DNA of 64,000 bases from assembly GCA_964016885.1 (NCBI GenBank), contig OZ024762.1, positions 10,850,001-10,914,000 of the forward strand. Reading direction: 5' to 3'. The translations under genes and the position numbers were made by a program. Source of the DNA: Eledone cirrhosa (taxonomy: Eukaryota). The notes under the pieces were generated by a model. The model worked only from the letters and a program-made list of their open reading frames with translations. It made no database searches and had not been told where the DNA came from. Shown here in pieces: positions 41,837-56,752 of this stretch; position 1 is the first letter of the stretch, and every line of letters starts with the position of its first letter.

Positions 41837-44800
41837 AAGTTAAATAAAAGTCAAATGATTAAAATTTAGCTTCGTTTATTACTGCTATATATATTTCAGT
41901 GACAGCCATCTTTGGCTGTGACCTCTTCAGGCAGTTTGTTGTTACATATGTTGTTACATATGTACTTGTCTATACCATACTAATTCAAACTGCCTGAAGA
42001 GGTCACAGCCAAAGATGGCTGTCACTGAAATATATATAGCAGTAATAAACGAAGCTAAATTTTAATCATTTGACTTTTATTTAACTTTATTTTACACTAC
42101 TCCGGAGTAACCAAACCAACCTGCGCACTTCGTCGAGTGCTCCAGCCTGCATACTGAGGTGTTGGTATACAACCAACATAAACTCTAAATCTATATATAT
42201 ATATATATATATATATAGTGAAATAAAACAAGGACGATTGGTTACTCCTTCATTACGATTATTGTGAAGGAGTAACCAATCGTCCTTGTTATTTTATTTC
42301 ACTATAATACACACCTCGACACTGAAGTGAACCTAAACATCGAGTGCTCACCTGAGTGAACCTACAGTAACTCCAAGTTACACTCCCTGGATATATATAT
42401 ATATATATATATATTTATGCATGCATATATGTAGAGTATTCCTACCATTTATGGATGAAATCCATAGCTTCCAATCTCTCACCAATTCTCCAGATAATGC
42501 CAGGACGGCAAGGAAGTCTTCGAGACCGACTTGTTGCAACAGAATAGCTACTTTCAGAAGTGCTGCTGTTGTTACTACCATTGCTGCTGCTGTTGCTGTT
42601 GTTGTTGTTGTTGTTGCTGCTGCTGCTGCTGCTGCCGCCACTGTTAGCAACCTTCTTTTTCTTGGACATCCCATTCTTGTCTTTGACAACATCAGTAGAA
42701 ACGGTCCTGGAGACAGACTGCCTGGTAATCCGTACTCCCGCCTGTTCATCTTTGTCATCCATGTTTCCATTACCTTCTTCACTCCCTCCACCGTCGTCAT
42801 CGTCATCGCCCTGAAAGAAGGAATCCAGAAAAGAGAGACATCGTTGGGTCAAAAAGCCGAGAAGATTCTTCAACTTCAATTCTTAACACCCAGTATTACA
42901 TACAATGACATTAGCAAGATATGACTACGTGACATCTTAACACCTAGTATTACATACAATGACATTAGCAAGATATGACTACATGACATCTTAACACCCA
43001 GTATTACATACAATGACATTAGCAAGATATGACTACATGACATCTTAACAACCCCCCAGTACTACATACAACCACATTAGTAAGATGTGAATGGCTAGCA
43101 ACACCCACTGCAACAGACACCCCTACCTCACAGACACCCCACCTCAGACAGGCTGCTGATGTTCTGATTTTAGAGAGGAGCTCAGCTGTATTGAGTGAGC
43201 ACACCTGAGGTCTGGACGGTGACTGGTGTAAAGAGGAAGCAGCTGGACAATACAGAGTCTGAGCACACCTGAGGTCTGGACGGTGACTGGTGTAAAGAGG
43301 AAGCAGCTGGACAATACAGAGTCTGAGCACACCTGAGGTCTGGACGGTGACTGGTGTAAAGAGGAAGCAGCTGGACAATACAGAGTCTGAGCACACCTGA
43401 GGTCTGGACGGTGACTGGTGTAAAGAGGAAGCAGCTGGACAATACAGAGTCTGAGCACACCTGAGGTCTGGACGGTGACTGGTGTAAAGAGGAAGCAGCT
43501 GGACAATACAGAGTCTGAGCACACCTGAGGTCTGGACGGTGACTGGTGTAAAGAGGAAGCAGCTGGACAATACAGAGTCTGAGCACACCTGAGGTCTGGA
43601 CGGTGACTGGTGTAAAGAGGAAGCAGCTGGACAATACAGAGTCTGAGCACACCTGAGGTCTCAATGGTGACTGGTGTAAAGAGGAAGCAGCTGGACAATA
43701 CAGAGTCTGAGCACACCTGAGGTCTGGACGGTGACTGTTGTAAAGAGGAAGTAGCCGGACAATACAGGGTCTGAGCACACCTGAGGTCTGGACAGTGACT
43801 GGTGTAAAGAGGAAGCAGTCGGACAATACAGGGTCTGAGCACACCTGAGGTCTGGAGAGTGACTGGTGTAAAGAGGAAGCAGTCGGACAATACAGGGTCT
43901 GAGCACACCTGAATCTGGAGAGTGACTGGTGTAAAGAGGAAGCAGCCAGACAATACAGAGTCTGAGCACACCTGAGGTCTGGATGGTGACTGTTGTAAAG
44001 AGGAAGCAGCCGGACAATACAGGGTCTGAGCACACCTGAGCTCTGGAGAGTGACTGTTGTAAAGAGGAAGCAGCCGGACAATACAGGGTCTGAGCACACC
44101 GGAGGTCTGGATGGTGACTGGTGTAAAGAGGAAGCAGCCAGACAAGCCAGTAAATTACGATGGTGGTTCTATGTAAATATCTTCACACTTCTGTTGGGGT
44201 TTTGTGTTGTGTTTTGTTGTTGTTGTCAAATGTAAAGATCCATCTGTCTATCCATTTAGACAGGGAGGTAGATAAATAGGGGGACAGACAGATAGACACT
44301 GATAGATATTTTTATTTGCCACAATAGGACATTACAAGATGCGACAGCTGGGGGTTTTACATAAAAATCATATAACTTTAACATTGATATAGATACACAA
44401 ACAGATAGATAGGCAGGTAGCTAGATAGACAGACAGACAGGCAGATAGATAAATAGACAGGCAGATAGACAGACAGACAGATAGCTAGACAGTCAGATAG
44501 CTAGACAGTCAGATAGCTAGACAGTCAGATAGCTAGACAGACAGATAGCTAGACAGTCAGATAGCTAGACAGTCAGATAGCTAGACAGACAGATAGATTG
44601 ACAGACAGACAGCTAGACAACTAGACAAACAGACAGACAACTAGACAAACAGACAGACAACTAGACAAACAGACAGACAACTAGACAAACAGACAGACAA
44701 CTAGACAAACAGACAGACAGATTGACAAACAGACAGACAGACAGACAAACAGCTAGACAAGCAGACAGGCAGACAGACAAACAGACAGATAGCTAGACAG

Positions 44801-45575
44801 ACAAACAGACAGACAGATAGCTAGACAAGCAGACAAACAGACAGACAAACAGAGAGACAGATAGATAGCTAGACAAGCAGACAGACAAACAGACAGATAG
44901 CTAGACAAACAGACAGATAGCTAGACAAGCAGACAGACAAACAGACAGATAGCTAGACAAGCAAGCAGACAGACAGACAAACAGACAGATAGCTAGACAG
45001 ACAGACAGACAGACAGATAGCTAGACAGACAGACAGACAGAGAGACAGATAGCTAGACAAGCAGCTAGACAAGCAGACAGACAGACAGACAGACAGAGAG
45101 ACAGATAGCTAGACAGACAGACAGACAAACAGACAGAGAGCTAGACAAGCAGACAGACAGACAGAGAGACAGATAGCTAGACAAACAGACAGATAGCTAG
45201 ACAGACAGACAGAGAGACAGATAGCTAGACAGACAGACAGACAGACAGACAGAGAGACTGAGAGATAGGTAAGTAGATAGCTTTAGATAGTTCTCAAAGA
45301 ACTAATCAGCTAGGTGGAGACATATTGTCAACACAGTGTGTGAGAGGTAGGGAGGAAGATAGCAAAGAATGGAGACATATTGAAATTGCCACTTCCCTCA
45401 CAAATCTATCACAAAGTGGTTGTCACGTGATCATGTCTTATATACGAGACACACACACACATACATACACACACATATATATATATATAACACACACATA
45501 TATATATATAGACACATATATATATATATATATATATACAAATATATTATACATTTATACATACACACATATATA

Positions 45576-45611
<36 letters not shown>

Positions 45612-46022
45612 CATACATACATACATACATATATATACATACATACATATATATACATACATACATATATATACATACATACATACAAACACATATACAT
45701 ATATAAATAAATTATACATATACATACATACACGCACAAATATATTATACATATACATACATATGTATATATACATACATATATGTGTGTGTGTATATAT
45801 ATATGTGTGTATATACATATATATATATATATATATAGACATATACATAAATATACATGCATATACATAAATATATATGCATATACATAAATATATACAC
45901 ATAAATATATATACATATATATATATACATACACATAAATATATATACATATATATATATACATATATATATATATACATATATACATATATATATATAT
46001 ACATATATATACATATACATAC

Positions 46023-46057
<35 letters not shown>

Positions 46058-46524
46058 CATATATATACATATACATACATATATATATATATACATATAT
46101 ATACATATACATACATATATATATATATACATATATATATATACATATATACATATATATACATATACATACATATATATATATATACATATATATATAC
46201 ATATATATATACATATATATATACATATATATATACATATATATATACATATATATATACATACATATATATATACATACATATATATATATACATACAT
46301 ATATATATATATACATACATATATATATATACATACATATATACATATATATATATACATACATATATACATACATATATATATATACATACATATACAT
46401 ACATATATATATATACATACATATACATACATATATATATACATACATATATATATACATACATATATATATATACATACATATATACATACATATATAT
46501 ATATACATACATATATATATATAC

Positions 46525-46619
<95 letters not shown>

Positions 46620-46752
46620 CATATATATATATATCCATATATATATATATCCATATATATATATACATATATATATATACATATATATATATATACATAT
46701 ATATATATACATATATATATATACATATATATATATACATATATATATATAC

Positions 46753-46805
<53 letters not shown>

Positions 46806-46822
46806 CATATATATATACATAC

Positions 46823-46859
<37 letters not shown>

Positions 46860-46952
46860 CATATATATATACATATATATATACATACATATATATATAT
46901 ACATATATATACATATATATATACATATATATATACATATATATATACATAC

Positions 46953-46985
<33 letters not shown>

Positions 46986-47256
46986 CATATATATATACAT
47001 ATATATATACATACATATATATATATACATACATATATATATATACATACATATATATATATACATATACATATATATATATACATATATATATATACAT
47101 ATACATATATATATACATATACATATATATATACATATACATATATATATACATATATATATATATACATATACATATATATATATATACATATATATAT
47201 ATACATATAGATATATATATACATATAGATATATATATACATATACATATATATAC

Positions 47257-47300
<44 letters not shown>

Positions 47301-47755
47301 TAATAAATGAACAGAACAAAAAACAGAGGCAGTACAAATGATATGGTTTTTAGTTTCACGCTTGAGAATGGGAGGGGGTGCGATCTATATATATATCGAT
47401 CTTTCGATAAACGGAATGTAAACAATGAAATTGATATACATATACAGGACAGCATATACATGAGATTGTAGGATATACATACATTACTCTCTCTATATAT
47501 ATATACACCCACATACATATTACCATGATGCTCTGAGAAAAAACATGACCATCACAACACCGTAATCGCCTTCCATAAATATAACATCTACTATACAAAT
47601 ATATGACCATCCCGTCGAGGTAAACTTTGCCTTTTATCCTTACGGGGTCGATAAAATAAAGTACCAGTAATACACTGGGGTATTTGCTGGCCTTGTGCCA
47701 AAATTAGAAACAATTATTTATTTAGATCCAAATTTGGCCTTAATCTCTCAATATT

Positions 47756-47815
<60 letters not shown>

Positions 47816-48140
47816 GATGAGATTCTACAGGACTAGAACTGTTTCATTCTTTAGAAATCATGATGATTTCTAAAGAATGAAACAGTTCTACTCTGCAATG
47901 TATTGAGTACCTTACTTACTGTGGTGACCTCCGATTCAACCCGGAATAATGTATACATATATATATTTATTTATATATACACATATATACATACACACAC
48001 ATACATATATACATACACATACATATATAGATACACATACATATATATATACATACATATATATATACATACATATATATATACACATATATATATATAC
48101 ACACATATATATATACACACATATATATATATATACACAC

Positions 48141-48171
<31 letters not shown>

Positions 48172-49911
48172 TATATATATATATACACACATATATATAT
48201 ATATATACACACATACATATATATATACACACATATATATATATACATACATACACATACATATATATATACATACACATACATATATATATACATACAC
48301 ATACATATATATACACACACAGATGTATACACGCATATATATACACACATAGATGTATGTATGATGTATGTATGTATATATATATATATATACATAAAAG
48401 TATTTCCGTAGGAAATGTAAAAGAGTGTTCTCTCTCTCCCCCTCTCTTTATATATATATATATATATCAATACATTTTATTATACATATTTCAGATGTAC
48501 AACAGTACGTCCTCATCAGACAAAATATAATGATACATGACATACCCTGAGATGTTAAATGGTTAAGATTTAATCAAGGTATGTCATGTATCATATTTTG
48601 TCTGATGAGGACGTACTGTTGTACAGCCGAAATATGTAATAAAATGTAATTGATAAAAAAACATCTATTTTATTAATATTTGTATTTTAATATTAATAAC
48701 TCTGGAAAATTATTTCCCATAGAGTGCTTCCAATCTACTGTAAAACTCATTCTTTGATATACTCATTGAATATTGTTTAACTCTTTAATATATATACACA
48801 CACACAGACAGACAAACGAGAGTGTAAATAAAGATGAAAGTGACATCTTAACATGCGACATTCAAATAACAGTTTCTCTCTCAGAAACACAGCAATGGCG
48901 GGAACTACACACATACATGAATCTGTGCTCTTACGAAACACCACCCTCTCTGTCATATACACACACACACACACGTATATAACCACACACACACACGTAT
49001 ATAACCACACACACACACAGGGCTGAACACTCGTAGAAATTCTATTCCAATTAATATTATAACAACACGTATTAAACAGCAGCAAGGTGCCTATGTGGTC
49101 TGGTCGCTCGGCTTGCTAGAAATAGCAGCCAAGCATCAATTATAACGATCTTGCAGAGAATATCTAAAATGAGTTTGTTAGTGCAAATGTTTATCATACC
49201 TTTACTAGTGGAGAGATTGTTGTAGAAATTTACAGTAAATGAAAGCAAAGACTTCTATTTTTAATGTGATGCTGTTATACTTTACAAGAATGCCTAGTTT
49301 AATATGGTTTCATGTGGTATAGGACGTTAAGAGTTAATAGCGGGTTGTAGTGACACCAACAACAAAAACATTTATATGGTTGCTAGATCTGTTAGAAATA
49401 GCAGCCGAATCTCCCTCAAACCACACCTTTCTGTTTTAAAATAAGGGGACAGGCGATATTTCGTCTTGTGAGACAGAATGTAAACATTGAAATCGACATC
49501 CTTATATAACATATCACCCCTCCCTCTCTCTTTTATATATAATACATCCGTCTACCCAAAACGAAGGATCTCTCTCATATACAATATATATGTTTATCCC
49601 GGGTTCAATCGGGGGTAACCACAGTAAGTAAAGTACTCAATAGCAGAGTATAAATGTTTAAAATAGAAATGGCTTCTACAGGACTAGAACTGTTTCATTC
49701 GGGAGAAATCATCAGGAAGCCCATATATATATTTGTATGTGAGAGATCCTTCGTTTTATATATATATATATATATATAAATTGGTCGTTTTGGAAGCCTC
49801 AACAATGCAGATGGGTGCCCTGATTCTGTTACCAAGAGATTTACCCATCTACATCCAAAACGACCAATGTTTATTATATTCCACAATGCTCCAAGCAAAC
49901 TTCAACATTCT

Positions 49912-49948
<37 letters not shown>

Positions 49949-50069
49949 GGTGTCCCCCAAATATGTATACACACTTCAACAGCATTCAAATAAATATTGC
50001 CTGTACAGGTAATCAAAATATGTATACATTTTACGGAGGGGGGGCACCATGTGTGTATATATCTATCTA

Positions 50070-50127
<58 letters not shown>

Positions 50128-52613
50128 AATTAGGTAACTAGTCATCTATATATTTATACACCGATCCTTCGTTTTGGGTCGACGCGATGTAAACAACAAC
50201 ATCGGCAGTTTTCGTAATGAAAGTCGTTCGCCTTCGTTTGTTTTCGTCCTTAGTTTTAATTCAATTTTACATTCATCTAAAATCAATCAATTTATTACGA
50301 TAAATCTTCAATATCTTCTTTAACCTTTATCAAACACAATTAATTTGACAAGATATTCTCCTACTAATACAAGTAAATAAAATTATAAAAGATTCTGGCT
50401 ACCTCTGCAAAAATTCCAATTTATATACGAAATATTACACGAGGGTTAACAAAAGTAGGACATTACAAAATATGATGAAATACTATTTTTAAAAAAGGGG
50501 GGAGGGTATTCTTTTTCCTAGAAATAGTAGCCAAATTTCCTGAAATCTACGCTCCTTATCTTTAATCAACAAAAGAAATTTATTAATTATGAATGAATGG
50601 ATAGATAGGTGGGTTGGTTGGAAAAGGTAGTTCTTACAATTGTAAGGAGGCGAATAAACCTCTCATTGGAGCCCCCTGCTTATTTTATAGTAGCAACAAA
50701 AATATAAATAAGCATGACCCCTTTTAAAAAAATATTGTGGGTAGAGAGAGGTTTGTGTTGGGTGTAATCACCCCCACACACACACTATCCAACCACCACA
50801 GATTCTGTGTGTGTGTGGTGTGGTATGGTATGTGTGGTGTGTGTATGTGTGGTGTGTGTGTGTGAATAAAAAGGTAAAAATTTTATTACACACGAGTTAG
50901 ATTTGGTTGGAATTTTGAAGGTGAAATCAATGTTTTTCGTGTGAGTGTGTTTTGAAAGGAATATGGATGGCCTTCTAAAAACGTCGTAAATTACTGGTAC
51001 TGGCTTTTCTGTGGTCCTCCATTTATTCGAGAACTTCATAGCATCCGTCACGGAAACGGGTGTAATAGTAAAAAATAAAATAAAAATACGGGATGGTCAT
51101 GGCTGAAATATCTCTCTCTCTCTCTCTCTACTTCTGTCAGTCTATCTATCTACCTATCTATCTCTCCCTCTCTAAATCTGCCTGTCTCTCTCTCTCTAAA
51201 TCTGCCTGTCTCTCGCTCTCTCCATCTGCCTGTCTGTCTCTCTACATCTGCCTGCCTGCCTATCTCTCTCTCTCTCTCTCTCTCTGCACCTTCCTGTCTC
51301 TCTCTCTACATCTGTCTGTCTGCCTGCCCGTCTCTCTCTCTCTCTATCTGTCTGTTCTATCGACGGGGTATTAAACAACCCATTTGTGGCGCCTCCCCCC
51401 TATTGGGGATTTCGATTGTTGAAATTGTTTGTTTTTATATTTTTTACACGACTGTATGTAAAATCCCCGGCATGTCTTTGTATTGTCCCCTTTTCTTGTT
51501 GCGCCCTTGTGGCTAATAAAGAAATCTATCTATCTGATCATAGCTTGGTTTCGATCAGAGGATCAGAGGAGCCCATGAGGCGAAACAACATCCCACTACT
51601 GAATGGGGAGAAGATAAAGCCACGTTTTTCAATGTTATGGATAAGAAAATAGGCCAGACTGTTGTACCCGCTTAATAATAGGTTCAAATTAAGGGACACG
51701 TCCAGCAATTTGTGTGGGTGTATGAGGGGAAATCGATTAAATAGGACCCCTGATGGATGAAAGGCTAAGTTAACATCGGCCGAATTTAAACCCATAAAGA
51801 GGGTAATTATTAATAATAATTGTTTCTACTTTTGGCACAAGGCCAGCAATTATCCCAGTGTATTACTGGTACTTTATTTTATCGACACCGTAAGGATGAA
51901 AGGCAAAGTTAACCTCGGCGGGATTAGAATAATGGTTTCTGATCAAGGCACAAGGCCAGTAATTTTGGGGGAAGGAAAAGTCAATAAAATCGACGCCAGT
52001 GTATTACTGGTACTTTATTTTATTGACCCCCGTAAGGATGAAAGGCAAAGCTAGCTTCAGCAGGATTTGAACTAAGAACCCTCATTGCCGTCTCTATATT
52101 ACAATTGTTACATCAACAGCATCATCATCGAATCAGTGATCAGACTATAATAATTCATTCACAAAATTTAATTTACCACCAAAATAAAATATTCTTTCTT
52201 CCTTATCAGAATAACGATATATAAACGTTGACTAATGATGAATGAGTGACACACAATCATAGCCGATGGGTTTCATATACCCGGGTGTGCGAGAAGAGAA
52301 CTCAATACTATTGTTGAGGGTTTAATATACTAGGTGGACCATAACCCACCATAGTACTATGTAAAAATCGGGACCGCTGAGCCCCGGCCGTTTCAACAAA
52401 TATATATATATATATATAAATATATATTAGCCTTAATAAAATGAATATATCCAAGGAAAACTTCAACCGTTAAGGTATGTTCCTTGGTTATGTCAACATT
52501 TATAAAACGCACTATTTTATCTGATGAAAGCGTACCAAAGTTTTTGGTACCCTTGAAATATATATAATAGAATAAATATGGTTTTATAAATATAGTTTCC
52601 ATTTATTTAATAT

Positions 52614-52649
<36 letters not shown>

Positions 52650-52813
52650 ACTATATATATATATATATATAAAGACTTTTGATGTATTGAAGGCTTCTTT
52701 GTTTTACTTTCTTAATTTTTCGGCTCTGTTTAACTACATTGAGCTATACCTTTTACTGTCATTTCTATAATACGAAGAGGGTGTTTAACTCCAACACGCT
52801 CCAGTATTTTAAC

Positions 52814-52870
<57 letters not shown>

Positions 52871-53491
52871 TTTTATTATGGCTAAATAGTGAGTTTTGTT
52901 AGTCTGGAGTTTCACCAAACATGAACTGGTCTGATGACCCTGTGATAAATAGGTGAAACTCCAGAGTAGCCTTAATAAAATGGAAATCAAAACTCTACTT
53001 CGGTTTGAGTTCTTTTCTCTCAGCCGTCAACCATAGTACACACATATACATACCTACACACACACATTTCTCTCACACACACATTTCTCTCTCACACACA
53101 TTTCTCTCTCACACACACCGCTGCTGGTTTTAATGAATGGGGGTAAAGGTACTCAATATTAATATAGCGTGTTGAGTTACGAGCAGGAGAGAGAGATTTC
53201 TGGCTAATTTTCTTTAATAAAATAAAGTACCAGTAATGCACTGGAGTATTTACTGGCCTTGTGCCAAAAGTAGAAACAATTATTGCTAAAGAATAAAGGT
53301 ACAATCACTGGAAGTGATAGAGGTTTATGGGAACATGTCAAACAGCAGATTTGACATTAGATGGCAATGTTCGACTGATATGTATATATATATACTTAGA
53401 CATAGTCACAGATGCATATATATATTCTAATATTCTTTATATGATGGACTCTCTCGTCGATTCGACGTATGAGGGTTCAACACCATTTTCA

Positions 53492-53548
<57 letters not shown>

Positions 53549-53910
53549 ATATTAGAAAAAAAATCAAGGTTACGAACCTATATTTATTCCATATTTCTAC
53601 GTCCACTTCAACACAATTAATGTAAACACAGCTTGTTTTATCTTAACAAATAATTGTTAAGTACTATACTATAATCACACACACACATATATAAACACAC
53701 ACAGAATGTCCCAAAAAATGTATACACACTTTGATTACCTGTACAGGTAATATTTATTAGAATGCTGTTGAAGTTTGTATACATTTTGGGGGGACACCCT
53801 GTATATATGCATTTATAAATACGTATATATATATATATATACATATATATGATGTTTAATATAGAAATGGCTTCTACGGGACCAGAACTGTTTCAAAAGA
53901 AATCATCACA

Positions 53911-53942
<32 letters not shown>

Positions 53943-54960
53943 GTGTACATTCTATTTTATTCTTACTGTTTTGAGTCATTAGATTGTAGACATGCTAGAG
54001 CAAAACATTAAAACGATTTATTCAACCATATCGACATCATTACTTATATCTAAATAATGATTGATTTCTCTTATCGAATCGCTACGATACGGGACATAAA
54101 CAGATACACATTTCTATATAGAAAAATGTGTATAGGAAGCACATTTCCTTCCAACACACAAAATATACGACGAGTTTCTATTATATATATATGTGAATAT
54201 ATATATATATAACCAAAGATTAATATGGTTCATTAATTACTCAATGAATATAGTTTTACAATAGATTAAAAGCACTCTACAATGAAGTTTTCTGGAGTTA
54301 TTAATATTGTTTTAAAATATTAATAAATGAAGACATTCACATAATCAAAATAAATGTTTTATTATATATATTTCGAAGGAACTGTGCTGTTTTTTCAGTA
54401 CGTCCTCGTCAGATAAAATACATGAATTGATGTATGACATATCTCAACTGCCTTGATGGTTCAACTGCCAATACTGGAATTGAACCATCAAGACAGTTGA
54501 GGTATGTCATACATCAATTCATGTATTTTATCTGACGAGGACGTACTGAAAAAAACAGCACAGTACCTTCGAAATATATATAATAAAACATATATTTTGA
54601 TTATGTGAATGTCTTCATTTATTAATATTTTGAATAATATATATATATATTACATAATAAAAAAGGACTTCTTTCTTTCACTTTATAAATTCAGAACACG
54701 TTGGGTTTTTTTTAAAACGAATATATACAATGTATTTCCTGTAGTCCTGTCTATAACTTCAGACTGTCACACAATATATATATATCATCATCATCGTTTA
54801 ACGTCTATCTTCCATGCTAGCATGGGTTAGACGGGAGTTGTCCTAATTTGAGGCAAGGTTGGTCGGGTGACCGTGTCTCGCTCACATAGGACTGCCTGGC
54901 AGGTTTTCTACGGCTTGATGCCCTTCCTAACACCAACCACATTTACAGTGTGGACTGGGA

Positions 54961-55002
<42 letters not shown>

Positions 55003-55519
55003 ATAAGTTTATACCGGGTTCAATCGGGGATAACCACAGTAAGTAAGGTACTCAATACATAGCAGAGTATAAATATTTAATATAGAAATGGCTTCTACTG
55101 GACTAGAACTGTTTCATTCGGGAGAAATCATCAGGGAGCTATAATTTCTATACTATATATATATATATATATATTTATTTATTAGTTATGTAATAAACAA
55201 CATAAGGTAATTATTTCATTTACCAGTGGTTTCTTGAAAGCAAACAAATTTGCTTTCAGTCATCAGAAATATATATATATATATACACACACACTACACG
55301 GAAGAATGGAACAAAAGTACTATGTATTAACCCCCTCAAAATATAAATATCTGTTTAGTTCATTCTGTTTTGGGACGATATTAACTGTAATTTCGTCACA
55401 ACAAACGTTGTGAAATTCTCATTAGATAACTTAAAGTAAACAAAAGAAGCAGTAACAAGCATGTATATATATATATATAAAACTTATAGCTATGTGACGA
55501 TGTATGTGTCTCTCTCTCT

Positions 55520-55578
<59 letters not shown>

Positions 55579-56116
55579 CACACATACATACATCGTTATA
55601 TAGCAGAGTTTCATCATCACAAAAAGAATTATTTTTAATTTAGGCTAAAACAAAAAAGGGGTCAGCAAATTTGATGTGGGAGGGGGGAGGGGGGATAGCA
55701 AAAGTTGAATGAATCAACCCCAATACTTGACTGGTACTTCATTCCCTTAATAATATGGATGAATTTAACTAACGAGGAAGAACTTCTTCGTGGTCGCTCG
55801 CACTTGCAAGAAACACTAGCCAAATTATCCGAGAAACGACTTGATATATATATATAACGCACTTATAGTTTTGTCCTGTTTATCACTGGAACCCTTGGCA
55901 TGACACTAGACACGGTTGGAATGTCCATGATCAAAGATCGGTCGAATAAAATTGGGATGGATATCACGGTTGACCTAGGGCTAAACGATGGAGGGGGGGG
56001 GGGGGTTATTTATCTTATTGGTCTTTTTTTTCTTCTTCCAAATACCTTGTATTAGATGAAAGCGTAATCATAATATAAATTGAATTACTTCACAACATAT
56101 ATATATATATATATAG

Positions 56117-56149
<33 letters not shown>

Positions 56150-56598
56150 ATTTCCTTCGAACGAAACAGTTCTAGTTCTGTAGAAGCCATTTCAGTATTA
56201 AATTTTGTTGTATACACTCTGCTAATGTATTGAGTACCTTAGTTGCTTGGGTTATCTCCGATTGAACCCGGGACCCATATATATATACATACATATATAT
56301 ATATAAAACACTTGTTTATATGAAACCGTCAGTAATATTTGTGGCGGCAGTTTATCCGATAGTGAGATTTGAACACAGAACAGGGAGAACTAAAGTACCT
56401 AGAAGGCCTACCTAACTAATTGTCATTATGGTTTAAAGACATTCCATGTGTTCGATTATTATTGAAAATCAATTAACGAAACTTAAAATTTCTTAGCTAA
56501 AAAAATAATAAATAAAATAAATCGCAAAAGAAACAAAAAGAAAATCAAATTTTAAATATCAGCGAAACTCCAGCACCTTGGAAACTAAGACACAAATA

Positions 56599-56630
<32 letters not shown>

Positions 56631-56721
56631 CATACATATACACACATGGATATATATATATATACATACACATGGATATATAAATAAATACATATGTCCG
56701 TTACATTACATATACGCATAT

Positions 56722-56752
<31 letters not shown>

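Noticed and set aside
43019-44145. Cys-rich ORFs open in all three minus-strand frames
   Set aside because: A 64-bp unit lacking minus-strand stops cycles through the frames; no splice or domain support.
45325-48530. Long YI/YM/HI-rich ORFs up to 605 aa (also 3570-4064, 6621-7790, 57442-58066)
   Set aside because: Translations of TA/TACA microsatellites with no coding complexity.
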